Notes: a model not told the origin generated them from the sequence alone. Numbered from the stretch's first letter, positions 29,888 through 40,037 are shown. The stretch is DNA of 64,000 nucleotides from a bacterium (GCA_037200965.1 JBBCGK010000001.1:160001-224000), one strand, 5' to 3'. Numbers and translations are program-made.

Positions 29888-30901
29888 ATGAGTTTTTTCT
29901 CTCCCAAGCTTGGCATCGATCTCGGAACGACCAACGTCCTGGTCTATGTCCCGGGCCGCGGCATCGTGCTCAACGAACCGTCCGTCGTCGCGGTATCTAT
30001 GGAGAAGAATAAGGTGCTCGCCATCGGGATCGAGGCCAAGAAGATGGAGGGCCGTACGCCCGACAGCATCAAGGCATACCGCCCGATGAAAGACGGCGTG
30101 ATCGCCGACTATCGCGTGACCGAAGCCATGCTCCGCTACTTCATGCGGAAAGCCCTGGGGAGATGGAACCCGTTCCGCCCGACCGTGCTCATTTCGGTCC
30201 CGGCAGGCGTCACTTCAACCGAGAAGCGCGCCGTTATCGAGGCAGCGGTGAAGGCGGGAGCAAAGGATGCGTATGTCGTAAAAGAGCCCATCCTCGCCGC
30301 AATCGGCGCGGGTATTCCGATCCAGGAACCGATGGGACGCATGGTGGCGGATATCGGCGGCGGCACGATCGACGTGGCCGTAATATCGCTCGGGGGCATT
30401 GTGGCGTCGACCTCGGTCAAGTGCGCGGGCAACAGCCTCGATCGCGCGATCATCGACTACGTGAAGAAGCAATACAATCTTTCGATAGGCGACAAGACCG
30501 CGGAGGAAGTGAAGATCAAGATCGGCTCGGCGGTGCAGGTCGCGGAAGAGACCGCGCTTTCGATAAAAGGACGCGACCTGGTTTCAGGACTCCCGCGCAC
30601 GATAGAACTCAAGACCAACGAGCTCGTCGGCGCCATGAGCCGGGAACTCCGGGAGATGATGGGCGCGGTGCGCAAGGTCCTCCAGGAGACGCCGCCGGAG
30701 CTTGCCTCCGACATCATCGACAACGGCATCATCATGACGGGCGGCACCTCGCAGCTCAAGAACCTGCCCGAGCTCGTCTACCGCCGCACGGGCGTCACGG
30801 CAAAGCTCGGCCAGGATCCCTATTTCTGCGTCGCACGCGGTACTGGTATCGCACTCAAGCATCTCGATACATACAAGCAGAGTATTCTTTCAAAGAAATA
30901 G
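29888..30901 (+). CDS. mreB: MreB-like actin homologue (stand-alone copy)
   Basis: GIDLGTTN phosphate-1, DIGGGT phosphate-2 and actin-fold motifs. No mreC/mreD neighbours. Confidence 0.8.
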   Translation: MSFFSPKLGIDLGTTNVLVYVPGRGIVLNEPSVVAVSMEKNKVLAIGIEAKKMEGRTPDSIKAYRPMKDGVIADYRVTEAMLRYFMRKALGRWNPFRPTVLISVPAGVTSTEKRAVIEAAVKAGAKDAYVVKEPILAAIGAGIPIQEPMGRMVADIGGGTIDVAVISLGGIVASTSVKCAGNSLDRAIIDYVKKQYNLSIGDKTAEEVKIKIGSAVQVAEETALSIKGRDLVSGLPRTIELKTNELVGAMSRELREMMGAVRKVLQETPPELASDIIDNGIIMTGGTSQLKNLPELVYRRTGVTAKLGQDPYFCVARGTGIALKHLDTYKQSILSKK

Positions 30902-30924
30902 AACAGCGAACCGCAAATGAAAAA

Positions 30925-30955
30925 GGCCCGGCAATTTCTTGCGGGCCTTTTCCGT
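30925..30955. terminator. bidirectional intrinsic terminator between convergent genes
   Basis: ggcccggcaatttcttgcgggcc hairpin flanked by A and T runs. Confidence 0.5.
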
Positions 30956-30969
30956 ATGTCCGCGGGCGA

Positions 30970-31263
30970 CTACGGCTTTTTGGTCGGGAGCCTCAGGTCG
31001 AGGATGGTGTAGTAGCCGGAGTTTTCGGCTCTGTCCTGCCAGCACGACAGCAGCACGACATTGTATTCCTTCACTTTCGAAGGAATATCAGGAATGCCGC
31101 GAACGGTGAGATCGCGCTTGCACGCATCCAGATCCGCGCGTACTTGCTCGAGCGTGACTTCCCCGAACCTGTGTGGACCGGCGGCAAAGACCGGATCCGT
31201 GACGGAACCGATTGCGAGACCGGTAATGACGGCGAAGAACGTGGCGGTTGTGGAAAGTCGCAT
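30970..31263 (-). CDS. small secreted hypothetical protein
   Basis: Signal-peptide-like N-terminus. 97 aa. Confidence 0.4.
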   Translation of the reverse strand: MRLSTTATFFAVITGLAIGSVTDPVFAAGPHRFGEVTLEQVRADLDACKRDLTVRGIPDIPSKVKEYNVVLLSCWQDRAENSGYYTILDLRLPTKKP

Positions 31264-31433
31264 GGCATGTCTCCTATCTGCGAGGGGTCGCGTAACCGTT
31301 TGATACCTGAATATACCCTAGCATAGGAGTCAAGGAATGTCAATGGTCAAAATGCGGGATTTAACCGGATACAAAAAGGGCGCCCTGTGGGGGCGCCCTT
31401 TGCTGTATAACCTCCTTTCCGGACTGAATGGAG

Positions 31434-32189
31434 TCAGTTGACCTTCCAGTCGATCTCGATGCTGAACGAGGTGTCCTCGCGCTGGCTCGTGGACGGCTTG
31501 TACTTGCCGATGAGCGAAACGTCTTCGCCAAATCGGATGGTACCGGAGGCGCCCGCATACCAGGGGCTGTAGCAGTTGCCGGAGAGGCAGAACACCTTGC
31601 CGCCTTCGCCCTGGAGCGTGAGCCAGTCGGTCGCCTGGTAGGTCACCGACGCGGGAATGACCCGGACCACACTCTGGAAGGGAAGCTCGCTTGTGCCGAT
31701 GACTCCTTCCAGACGAGCATAGGGAGTGACCGACCAGCGGCCGCCGAGATCGAACGTGTGGCCGACGTTGAGATGCGCGTAGAACGCATCGTCGCGCAGG
31801 TCACCGATCCGATCTTTGCCGAGGGACAGGAAGTAATAGGCGCCTTTGACTTCGTAGTCGAAGAAGCCGAGCTTCCCGTCGTGCCAGCACGACAGATCGA
31901 CTTCGCTTGCCGAGCCGCCAGCGCCGACCGAGCCCCACAGGTCGCAGAAGTTGCCGTTGCCGAAGGAGCGGGTCACTCCGCCCTGGACAACGGCGCTGCG
32001 GGACGCCATGAATCCGAAGTCCTGGAACATGTAGTTGTTCGAGACCCCGAGATACACCGTCGTCGAAGACGCTGTGTTGCCAGAAGATTCGAGGACGGTT
32101 TGCGGGGCCCCAATGATGATCTGCGCTTGCGCTGACATCGCAAACGTTGAGAACGCGATACTGAAAAGGACTGCAATGAATGAGCGCAT
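31434..32189 (-). CDS. secreted protein (possible beta-rich or outer-membrane-like protein)
   Basis: Signal peptide (MRSFIAVLFSIAFSTFAMSAQA). Gly/aromatic-rich alternating composition. A terminator lies downstream at 31374-31400. Confidence 0.45.
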   Translation of the reverse strand: MRSFIAVLFSIAFSTFAMSAQAQIIIGAPQTVLESSGNTASSTTVYLGVSNNYMFQDFGFMASRSAVVQGGVTRSFGNGNFCDLWGSVGAGGSASEVDLSCWHDGKLGFFDYEVKGAYYFLSLGKDRIGDLRDDAFYAHLNVGHTFDLGGRWSVTPYARLEGVIGTSELPFQSVVRVIPASVTYQATDWLTLQGEGGKVFCLSGNCYSPWYAGASGTIRFGEDVSLIGKYKPSTSQREDTSFSIEIDWKVN

Positions 32190-32352
32190 GGGTTTTACCC
32201 CTCCTTTCGCGCTTCGGGTGAATCCGGTTACTGCCCCTAATATAGGACGCGCTTAATCACTTGTCAAGGCCCTTGAACTCGGCATGAAAAGCGAAAGGCC
32301 CGGCTTTGTGCCGGGCCCTGAGCGCGGCCTTTGCGGCCGTGATGATAAAGGG

Positions 32353-32451
32353 TTATGCAGCCTTTATCATCGAGACGATCGTAACGAAAACGATACCGCA
32401 GACCACCACGCACGAAACGAGCAGGCTCCGAAAACTCGTGTCAATTTCCAT
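32353..32451 (-). CDS. 32-aa single-TM peptide (small ORF below the six-frame threshold)
   Basis: MEIDTSFRSLLVSCVVVCGIVFVTIVSMIKAA. An AGGGGG RBS lies 7 nt upstream. An intrinsic terminator follows (ggcccggc hairpin plus a T-run on the minus strand, 32284-32317). Confidence 0.35.
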   Translation of the reverse strand: MEIDTSFRSLLVSCVVVCGIVFVTIVSMIKAA

Positions 32452-32545
32452 TGCCGTTCCCCCTTTACTCACGGACAGCGCGCTTGCCGTCCCCGTTTGA
32501 GACATTAGCACCGGGCCCGTAAGTAGCAAGAGCGGCCGGTGCGGT

Positions 32546-33247
32546 ATGCTGGAGCAGATGGAACATCATGCATATCTTGCCGCGGGACCGGCCGAAGAGG
32601 GAAGAGCGGCCGCGATCGCGGCGGCCGCGAAACTCGTCGGGGGAGATTCTCTCCATAATCCCGATATCATCGTACGAGAGTACGGCCTCTTCTCGGTCGA
32701 CGACGCCCGCGCCCTCTATCAGCTTGCCTGGCAGGCCCCGCTTAAAGGAGAGAAGAAGGCGATCATCATTTCCGCGACTCGCCTTTATCACGAGGCGCAG
32801 AACGCGCTCCTGAAGCTCTTCGAGGAGCCGCCCGCGGACACCGCCCTCTATCTGGTTATCCCTCACGCCGGAAGCCTGATTCCGACGCTTCGTTCGCGGC
32901 TCCTGCCTCTTCCGGACTTCGTGATACAGGCAGGACAAGGAACCGGGGACGAGGCAAAACAATTTCTTGGCGCAAGCCCGGAGAAGCGGAGCGACATGAT
33001 AAAAAAGCTCGCGGATGCGAAGGGGGAAGAAAGGAAGCGCGTCGCGCGCGATACGGCGGTATCCATACTCGACGGCGTCGAGCGGGCTGCATATGAGCGA
33101 TGGCAAGCAAAGAAGGAAGACGAGGCGCTTGCCGTGTTCCTTTCTGACATCAGTCTCCTTCGTGGCTATCTCCATGACCGATCCGCCCCGCTTCGCATGA
33201 TTCTCGAGCATGTTTCCCTGACTCTGCCGAAGGGCTTGACTTCATAG
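32546..33247 (+). CDS. holB: DNA polymerase III delta-prime subunit-like
   Basis: HAYL..G, ...AQNALLKLFEEPP and PTLRSR motifs, without a Walker A. Confidence 0.7.
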   Translation: MLEQMEHHAYLAAGPAEEGRAAAIAAAAKLVGGDSLHNPDIIVREYGLFSVDDARALYQLAWQAPLKGEKKAIIISATRLYHEAQNALLKLFEEPPADTALYLVIPHAGSLIPTLRSRLLPLPDFVIQAGQGTGDEAKQFLGASPEKRSDMIKKLADAKGEERKRVARDTAVSILDGVERAAYERWQAKKEDEALAVFLSDISLLRGYLHDRSAPLRMILEHVSLTLPKGLTS

Positions 33248-33357
33248 AAACCGCATGATATAAGCTTAGGTGGGAGGTCTAGGGGCGAAATCCCGAAAAC
33301 CGCAACAGATCCACCAGTCGGGCCGTAAGGCCCTTCATACAGCGAAGGAGAATTCGC

Positions 33358-34191
33358 ATGCGTACGACATCAACCAGAAAACTCGGCGCGCTTCTTTTGA
33401 GCGCGACGGTTCTCGCGGGCTGCGCCAGCACCGGGGTTCCCGCGACATCGACAGCTCCGTCGTCGGAGAATGTCGTTTGCGCCAAGGACCCGCTGGGGCT
33501 CGCGCTTTGCGGCAACAGCCGCGAATGGATCACGATGGACTCCACGAACGAATGCGCGACCTTCGGCGACTGCACGAAGGCCGAAGTCGAGAAGGCCAAG
33601 GCGCACTGCGAAGTCGCGCGCGACGCGTACGGCATCTCGATCTGGGTGCCATCCGTGAGCGGCGGAGTCGGCGGCGGGCTCTCGGTCGCAGCAGGAAGTG
33701 CCGCCGGAAGTCTCGGCGTCGCTTTTCCGCTCAAGGTCATCTCCGACAATACCATCTTCGGCGGTTCTTCCGGCGCCGTCCAGTACGCCTACAACGGCGC
33801 GCAGATGGGCGTGCTCGACAGCCTGCAGTTCGAAGAGAAATGCGCCGGCATCAAGGGCGCGGCGTCGGGCTTCGGCGTGATCGATGTCCGCTTCGCCAAG
33901 CGCAGCGGCGTCACCCACCTCAACTACGACGGTACGGTGAAGTCGCTCACCGCCGCGTCGGCCATCGCAACGCAGGCACCCTTCCTCGATACCTCGGTGC
34001 TGACTCCGGAAGGGAAAGCCATCGTGGAAAGGTGCCGCGGGCAGTGGCGTAACGACGACCCGTATGCGATGAACAAGCTGAGCGCGTGCATCGCCGCTTC
34101 GGGCCTCAAGGTCGTGGGCAACCAGGAGCCCCCGGCTCCGGCACTGCAAAAGCCGCCCCAGACGAGCGGCAAGAAGAACGCCTGGGAATAA
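33358..34191 (+). CDS. putative lipoprotein
   Basis: Signal peptide ending in the lipobox LAGC. Gly/Ser-rich mature protein. Confidence 0.5.
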   Translation: MRTTSTRKLGALLLSATVLAGCASTGVPATSTAPSSENVVCAKDPLGLALCGNSREWITMDSTNECATFGDCTKAEVEKAKAHCEVARDAYGISIWVPSVSGGVGGGLSVAAGSAAGSLGVAFPLKVISDNTIFGGSSGAVQYAYNGAQMGVLDSLQFEEKCAGIKGAASGFGVIDVRFAKRSGVTHLNYDGTVKSLTAASAIATQAPFLDTSVLTPEGKAIVERCRGQWRNDDPYAMNKLSACIAASGLKVVGNQEPPAPALQKPPQTSGKKNAWE

Positions 34192-34293
34192 AACTGGCGC
34201 CATCAGACGCCACAAAGGCCGCAAGGGAGCGATTCCGAGGTTCGCCTCGGAATCGCCACCCGGCGGCTTTTTTCTTTTGGTATACTGGCTTCC

Positions 34294-34845
34294 ATGGCAT
34301 ACGATTTTTCAAAGCTCGCGAAAGGAATAGAAGAGACCAAGGAATGGCTCTCGCGGGAACTTGCCGGGGTGCGCACCGGGCGCGCCTCTCCCGCGCTCCT
34401 TGATAGCGTACGTCCAGAGGCGTACGGGACGAGGACGCCCATAAGTCAGCTGGGCTCGGTCTCGATAGAAGATGCGCGGACGCTCCGCGTCATCCCGTGG
34501 GACAAGACACTCGTGAAAAACATCGAGAAGGGAATTGCGGAAGCGAATCTCGGCATCTCGACCGCGGTCGATGATATGGGACTCCGCGTTATTTTCCCCG
34601 AACTTACAAGCGAGCGGCGCACCATGCTTACGAAAATCGCCGGAGAAAAGCTCGAAGCGGCGAAGGTGACGCTGCGCAGTCACCGCACCGACGCGCTCCA
34701 CGACCTCGAGGCGAAAGAGAAGGAAGGAGGAATGGGCAAGGACGAGCTCGCGCGCCTCAAGGAAGACGTGCAGAAGCAGATCGACAAGGCGCAGGAGGAT
34801 CTTGCCGCGCTCGCGAAGAAAAAGGAAGAGGAGATTGCTCAATAG
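34294..34845 (+). CDS. frr: ribosome recycling factor
   Basis: Full-length RRF pattern (LAGVRTGRASPALLD...). Confidence 0.9.
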   Translation: MAYDFSKLAKGIEETKEWLSRELAGVRTGRASPALLDSVRPEAYGTRTPISQLGSVSIEDARTLRVIPWDKTLVKNIEKGIAEANLGISTAVDDMGLRVIFPELTSERRTMLTKIAGEKLEAAKVTLRSHRTDALHDLEAKEKEGGMGKDELARLKEDVQKQIDKAQEDLAALAKKKEEEIAQ

Positions 34846-34899
34846 CATTTCTTGGGAGAGAAAAGCGGTGCCGCCCGCGACGTGCGGGCGGCCAAGGCT

Positions 34900-35253
34900 T
34901 CACGAAGAACTGCGTGTCTCTGCGGTAACCGTCTTGTATATTTTCCTCGCCCCGGGAAGCGGACTCTCTTTCGTCCGTCTCCCTATGTGCTCGCCTCCGC
35001 ATATCTCGACTACCCTCCAGTTGTGAGCCCATATCTCGATTCGTATGAGACCCCGCTCGGCGAGTGCGTTCAGAGCGTTAGCATAGAAGGCCGCACCGGG
35101 CGGCGCACGCTTTTCGAACGCTTCCCGCAGCGTCGGCGTCCCGTCCCGGGCTTTCCCGGAAGTCGTAGGGCAACGGGCGCCGTCAAGCGCGGCGTCGACC
35201 AGAATCTCGAAAATGACCTTCAGACCCTTTCCATAGGGAGAATTGTCGTCCAT
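34900..35253 (-). CDS. hypothetical small protein
   Basis: A GGAG RBS precedes the ATG at 35253. The longer upstream in-frame extension is low-complexity and overlaps rseP. Confidence 0.35.
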   Translation of the reverse strand: MDDNSPYGKGLKVIFEILVDAALDGARCPTTSGKARDGTPTLREAFEKRAPPGAAFYANALNALAERGLIRIEIWAHNWRVVEICGGEHIGRRTKESPLPGARKIYKTVTAETRSSS

Positions 35254-35323
35254 GACGGTGCTCCACTCATCTACCCGACCCCACCATACCACGCTGGCGG
35301 CGGCTGTGTAGTACACTGCGGAG

Positions 35324-36427
35324 ATGGAAGTTATCCTGCTCATCGCCGTCCTGGTCGTGCTCGTCGTCGTGCACGAATTCGGGCATTTCGTCGTCGCGAA
35401 ACTCTCGGGCATGCGCGTCGACGAGTTCGGCATCGGATATCCGCCGCGCGTTGCGGGATTCAAATATAAAGAAACGGAATATACCCTGAACGCGGTGCCG
35501 TTCGGGGGATTCGTGAAGATATACGGGGAGGACCTCGAAACGCCGCGAAGCGGCGCAGATTCTTCCGGAAGTTTCGCATCGAAGCCACGTCCGACGCAGG
35601 CCGCGGTCCTCATCGCGGGAATCGCGATGAATCTTCTTTTGGCGTTCGTTCTTCTCACGCTCGTGCTCTTCGTCGGAACTCCCCGCGCGCTCGCGCCGGA
35701 AGAGATCGCAGGAGCCAAGGACGCGCGGCTTGCCGTCGCGCAAGCGCTTCCTGGCTCTCCGGCAAGCCTCGCGGGCCTTCGGGCAGGCGACTATATACTC
35801 TCCGCAACCTACGGACCGAACGTGTTTACGGGCGCATCGCCCGAAGAATTCACGGCATTCATGTCAAAGGACGGTGAAGCGATTCCGGTATCCATAGCGA
35901 TAGAGCGCGCAGGGAAGCCGCTTACCCTCACCGCAACGCCGGCCAAAGGCATCGTCGCGGCAGACCCCGAACGCGTAGCGCTCGGGGTCGCGGTCGCGAC
36001 CGTCGGTACCGTTCCGCTCTCTCCCTGGCGCGCGGTCCTCGAAGGCGCGCACATGACCTGGGAAATCACCAGGGAAACCGCCGCCGGGCTCACGCACCTC
36101 TTCGCCGGGCTCTTTACCCTCTCGGCCGACCTCTCGCAGGTTTCGGGGCCCGTAGGGATTGCGGGCGCGGTCGGCACGGCCTCGGCCCAGGGCTTCGGGA
36201 ACCTCGTCACGCTCGCGGCCATCATTTCCATAAACCTCGCCCTTATAAACCTCCTGCCCGTTCCCGCGCTTGACGGCGGGCGACTCCTGTTCGTCATCAT
36301 CGAGTCGGTGATCAGAAGGCCTATCAAAAAAGAAGTGGCGACCGCGGTGAATACGGTCGGCTTCGCGCTCCTGGTGCTTCTCATGCTCGTCGTCACGGCG
36401 CACGACGTGTATAAGCTGGTCGTATAA
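35324..36427 (+). CDS. rseP: RIP (site-2) zinc metalloprotease RseP
   Basis: HEFGHF HExxH in the first TM, a PDZ domain and a C-terminal LDG motif. Confidence 0.85.
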   Translation: MEVILLIAVLVVLVVVHEFGHFVVAKLSGMRVDEFGIGYPPRVAGFKYKETEYTLNAVPFGGFVKIYGEDLETPRSGADSSGSFASKPRPTQAAVLIAGIAMNLLLAFVLLTLVLFVGTPRALAPEEIAGAKDARLAVAQALPGSPASLAGLRAGDYILSATYGPNVFTGASPEEFTAFMSKDGEAIPVSIAIERAGKPLTLTATPAKGIVAADPERVALGVAVATVGTVPLSPWRAVLEGAHMTWEITRETAAGLTHLFAGLFTLSADLSQVSGPVGIAGAVGTASAQGFGNLVTLAAIISINLALINLLPVPALDGGRLLFVIIESVIRRPIKKEVATAVNTVGFALLVLLMLVVTAHDVYKLVV

Positions 36428-36471
36428 ACATTCCGGCCGCCCTCTTTCGAAGGCGGCCGTGTTCCTGACCT

Positions 36472-36867
36472 TTAACTGTTGTTCGGCGACATCGGTACGA
36501 TGACGAATGCAGCGCCGTCCGAGACATAGACTCCCGCGATGATGGACGTGCCGTTCGGGCCCGACACCGTCGCGCCAAGACCCGTGAACACGAGCGGCAG
36601 ATGCCCGTCGAACGTGCTGCACATCCCGCTTTTCACGCGTTCATGTCCCGCTCGTTTGGGATCCGCTGCAACGTCGACCGCCGCATTGAACGCCTCGGTA
36701 CCGTCTTCGCTCGCATTTCCGCACACCATCCGGCCGTGGATATCCAGGCCTTTCTGGTGCAGCAGGGGATAGTCGACGAGCTTCGCCCCGACCATCTGCC
36801 CCTGTGCGGACGGCGCCAACAGAAAGAACAACCCCGCCACCACGCCTGCTTGTGCAAGTCTCTTCAT
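36472..36867 (-). CDS. secreted hypothetical protein
   Basis: Signal peptide MKRLAQAGVVAGLFFLLAPSAQG. The start was chosen at the internal Met. Confidence 0.4.
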   Translation of the reverse strand: MKRLAQAGVVAGLFFLLAPSAQGQMVGAKLVDYPLLHQKGLDIHGRMVCGNASEDGTEAFNAAVDVAADPKRAGHERVKSGMCSTFDGHLPLVFTGLGATVSGPNGTSIIAGVYVSDGAAFVIVPMSPNNS

Positions 36868-36983
36868 GGCACTAACTCCCCTAGGTGGACCCACTCGGTA
36901 TAGCGCGTCCCGGCCCGCTTGCAAGCAGGGCGGGTGCATAACCGCTTTTTTGCAGGAATCACGCAAAGGCCTATACTGTATCG

Positions 36984-38216
36984 ATGCGGCAATCGAAGCT
37001 TTTCACCAAAACCCGGCGCGAGGCGCCGTCTGACGAGCAGGCGAAGAATGCGCAGCTTCTCATTCGTGCCGGATACGTGCACAAGGAAATGGCTGGCTCC
37101 TACTCATACCTGCCGCTCGGCCTTCGCGTATTGCGCAATATCGAGTCGATCGTGCGCGAGGAAATGGACGCCATCGGCGGCCAGGAAACCCGCCTGGCGA
37201 CGCTGCATCCTTCGGAGCCCTGGAAAAAGACCGGCGGCTGGGACAAGGTGGACGTGCTTTTCAAAATCCTGAGCCGGACCGAAAAGGAATACACCATCGG
37301 GCAAAGCGAGGAAGAAATCGTGACGCCGATCGCGGGCGAATACGCGCCTTCGTACAAGGACCTGCCGAAGGCCGTCTACCAGATCGGACAAAAATACCGC
37401 GATGAGCTGCGCGCGAAATCCGGCATCATGCGCGGAAGGGAATTCGGCATGAAGGACATGTACAGCTTCCATACGAGCCAGGAGGACTTCGAGCGATTTT
37501 ATGAGATCGTGAAAGCGGCATACCTCCGTATCTACAAGCGCTGCGGACTCGTCGCGAAAGTGACCGAGGCCTCGGGCGGCAGCTTCAGCGAGAAGATTTC
37601 GTACGAATTCATGGTGCTCACCGACGCGGGCGAGGATACCATTTTCTACTGCGAAGCATGCGATTATTGCGTGAATCTCGAAGTGGCAAAAGCGGCCGAA
37701 GGCGATACGTGCCCGAACTGCGGCAAGGGAACGCTCAGGAAAGGGGTCGCGTCGGAAGTCGGAAACGTGTTCGACCTTGGCGACCGCTATCCGAAAGCGC
37801 TCGGCTTCACCTATAAGGCGGAAGACGGCAGCGACCGCTATCCGGTCATGGGCTGCTACGGCCTTGGCACGACGCGCCTCATGGGCGTTATCGTCGAGGC
37901 GCTCGCGGACGGGAAGGGAATCGTATGGCCCGAGAGCGTCGCTCCGTTCAGGTTCCATATAGCCCTGCTGATACCGGATAACGCGGAATCCGTGCGTGCC
38001 GCCGAAGACTTGTATGAGCATCTCGGAACGCGGGCGCCGGTACTGTATGACGACCGTGATCTGCGCGCGGGAGAGAAATTCGCGGACAGCGATCTCATCG
38101 GGATTCCGTGGCGGATCAATGCCGGCAGGGACGCGGCAAGCGGTATCTTCGAACTCGTGAATCGCGGGACGGGCGAGGTAACGAAAAAAACGAAGGAGGA
38201 ACTCCTCGCGATTTAA
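36984..38216 (+). CDS. proS: prolyl-tRNA synthetase (short form lacking the INS editing domain)
   Basis: N-terminal bacterial ProRS pattern (LPLGLRVLRNIESIVREEM). Class II motifs are present. Only 410 aa. Confidence 0.8.
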   Translation: MRQSKLFTKTRREAPSDEQAKNAQLLIRAGYVHKEMAGSYSYLPLGLRVLRNIESIVREEMDAIGGQETRLATLHPSEPWKKTGGWDKVDVLFKILSRTEKEYTIGQSEEEIVTPIAGEYAPSYKDLPKAVYQIGQKYRDELRAKSGIMRGREFGMKDMYSFHTSQEDFERFYEIVKAAYLRIYKRCGLVAKVTEASGGSFSEKISYEFMVLTDAGEDTIFYCEACDYCVNLEVAKAAEGDTCPNCGKGTLRKGVASEVGNVFDLGDRYPKALGFTYKAEDGSDRYPVMGCYGLGTTRLMGVIVEALADGKGIVWPESVAPFRFHIALLIPDNAESVRAAEDLYEHLGTRAPVLYDDRDLRAGEKFADSDLIGIPWRINAGRDAASGIFELVNRGTGEVTKKTKEELLAI

Positions 38217-38218
38217 CC

Positions 38219-39271
38219 ATGTCCCGCTTCTCCCGAAACTCCCTGTTCTCAAGCGACATCGGCATCGATCTCGGCACCGCCAATACGCTCGTGTACGTGC
38301 GCGGAAAAGGCGTGGTGCTCAACGAGCCGTCGGTGGTCGCAGTAAACGACAAGACCGGACAGGTGGTCGCGGTCGGGCGCGAAGCGAAAGTGATGCTCGG
38401 CAAGACGCCGCCGCATATCCGCGCCGTGCGGCCGCTTTCGCACGGGGTTATATCGGACTTCGAAGTGACGGAGGAACTTCTCGCGTACCTCATCGCCAAG
38501 GCACAGAAAGACCGCACGCGCCTCTTCGGGCCGCGCGTCGTGATCGGCGTCCCGACCGGCGTCACGAACGTCGAATCAAGGGCGGTGCGCGATGCCGCAC
38601 TCACCTCGGGTGCTCGCGAAGTCTATATCCTTGAGGAGCCAGTCGCGGGGGCGATCGGCGCGAAACTTCCCATACACGAGGCGGTCGGCACGATGGTGCT
38701 CGACATCGGCGGCGGCACGACCGATATCGCCGTGCTTTCTTTGGGCGGCACGGTCGCCTCAAAGAGCTCGCACGTCGCGGGCGACCGCTTCAACGACAAC
38801 ATCATCGACTTCCTCCGGAGCGAATTTCATACCGCGATCGGCGAACGCACCGCCGAAGACACGAAGATCGCAATCGGCGCGGTGACGCCGCTTAAGGAGC
38901 CGCTGACAAAAGCGGTCCGCGGGAGGGATCTTGCGACCGGACTTCCGCGGGAGGTCGAACTTAACGATACCCATATCCGCGAGGCGCTTGCGCCGTCTTT
39001 GGATGCCCTTATGGAAGCCATGAAGGAAGTGATCGAGAAGACACCGCCGGAACTTCTCTCGGACGTTCTTGAACGCGGCGTAACGGTTTTCGGGGGCGGG
39101 GCGCTGCTTCGCGGGCTTCCCGAGCTCCTTGAGAAGATGCTCGGCGTGCCGGTGCACGTGGCTCCCGATCCTCTGACCGCCGTCGTGCGGGGCACCGGCA
39201 TCGTGACGGAGGACCCGGAACCGTGGAAAGACGTATTTCTCAATGAAGACGCGATTCTTAAGGAGGCGTAA
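38219..39271 (+). CDS. mreB: rod shape-determining protein MreB
   Basis: DIGIDLGTAN and DIGGGTTD motifs. Followed by mreC and mreD. Confidence 0.85.
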   Translation: MSRFSRNSLFSSDIGIDLGTANTLVYVRGKGVVLNEPSVVAVNDKTGQVVAVGREAKVMLGKTPPHIRAVRPLSHGVISDFEVTEELLAYLIAKAQKDRTRLFGPRVVIGVPTGVTNVESRAVRDAALTSGAREVYILEEPVAGAIGAKLPIHEAVGTMVLDIGGGTTDIAVLSLGGTVASKSSHVAGDRFNDNIIDFLRSEFHTAIGERTAEDTKIAIGAVTPLKEPLTKAVRGRDLATGLPREVELNDTHIREALAPSLDALMEAMKEVIEKTPPELLSDVLERGVTVFGGGALLRGLPELLEKMLGVPVHVAPDPLTAVVRGTGIVTEDPEPWKDVFLNEDAILKEA

Positions 39272-40037
39272 CGCGCTGTTGGCGCCGGGGGCTCTCTCGA
39301 TAGGGGCGGGCATCCTGGCCGTGGCGCTGCTGTTCGTACTGGTGCGCCTTGTGGCGCCGGGGCTTTCGATCGCGATCGCGACGCCCTTTTGGAACGCCGG
39401 CAGTTCCTTAAGCGCGGGAACGTATACGGCGATGACCAGCTTCGGGAACGCCGCGAATCTTGCCAAGGAACGCGACGCGCTTAAGGCGGAGAACGTGCAG
39501 TTGCTCGCAGAACGAGGAAAGCTTTCCGCGCAGGTAGCGGACCTTACCAAACTTCTCGGCGCGCGGCCTGCCGCGAAATCCGGCATACCCGCTTCCGTGC
39601 TCGCGCGGCCGCCGTTCTCCTCCTATGACATCCTCGTCGTCGACGAGGGAAGCGAGGCGGGCGTCGTCGCAGGAGATCCGGTCACCGCCCTCGCAGGGGT
39701 GCCGATAGGCACGGTCGCAAGCGCCGCCGGAAGCTCCGCGCGCATCGTGCTGTATAGCGCGCCGGGAACGGAGACGCCGGGCTGGGCCGGGAATGCGCGG
39801 ATTCCGGTGACGCTCTTCGGAGAGGGCGGGGGAGCCTTTTCGCTTTCGATACCCAAGGACGCGAAGCTTAGCGTCGGCGACACGATATATCTTCCCGGCG
39901 AAGGCGCGATACCGGTCGCGACCATCCTGCGGCTTGACGCAGACCCGTCCTCGGCGTTCATGACCGCGCGCCTGAAGCCGGTCCTCAACCTTTTCTCGCT
40001 TACGTGGGTGGAGATTTCGAAAGGAGGCGCGCCATGA
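39243..40037 (+). CDS. mreC: rod shape-determining protein MreC
   Basis: N-terminal TM segment, coiled-coil and a beta-rich C-terminal domain, in the standard mreBCD context. The start is uncertain. Confidence 0.65.
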   Translation: MKTRFLRRRNALLAPGALSIGAGILAVALLFVLVRLVAPGLSIAIATPFWNAGSSLSAGTYTAMTSFGNAANLAKERDALKAENVQLLAERGKLSAQVADLTKLLGARPAAKSGIPASVLARPPFSSYDILVVDEGSEAGVVAGDPVTALAGVPIGTVASAAGSSARIVLYSAPGTETPGWAGNARIPVTLFGEGGGAFSLSIPKDAKLSVGDTIYLPGEGAIPVATILRLDADPSSAFMTARLKPVLNLFSLTWVEISKGGAP

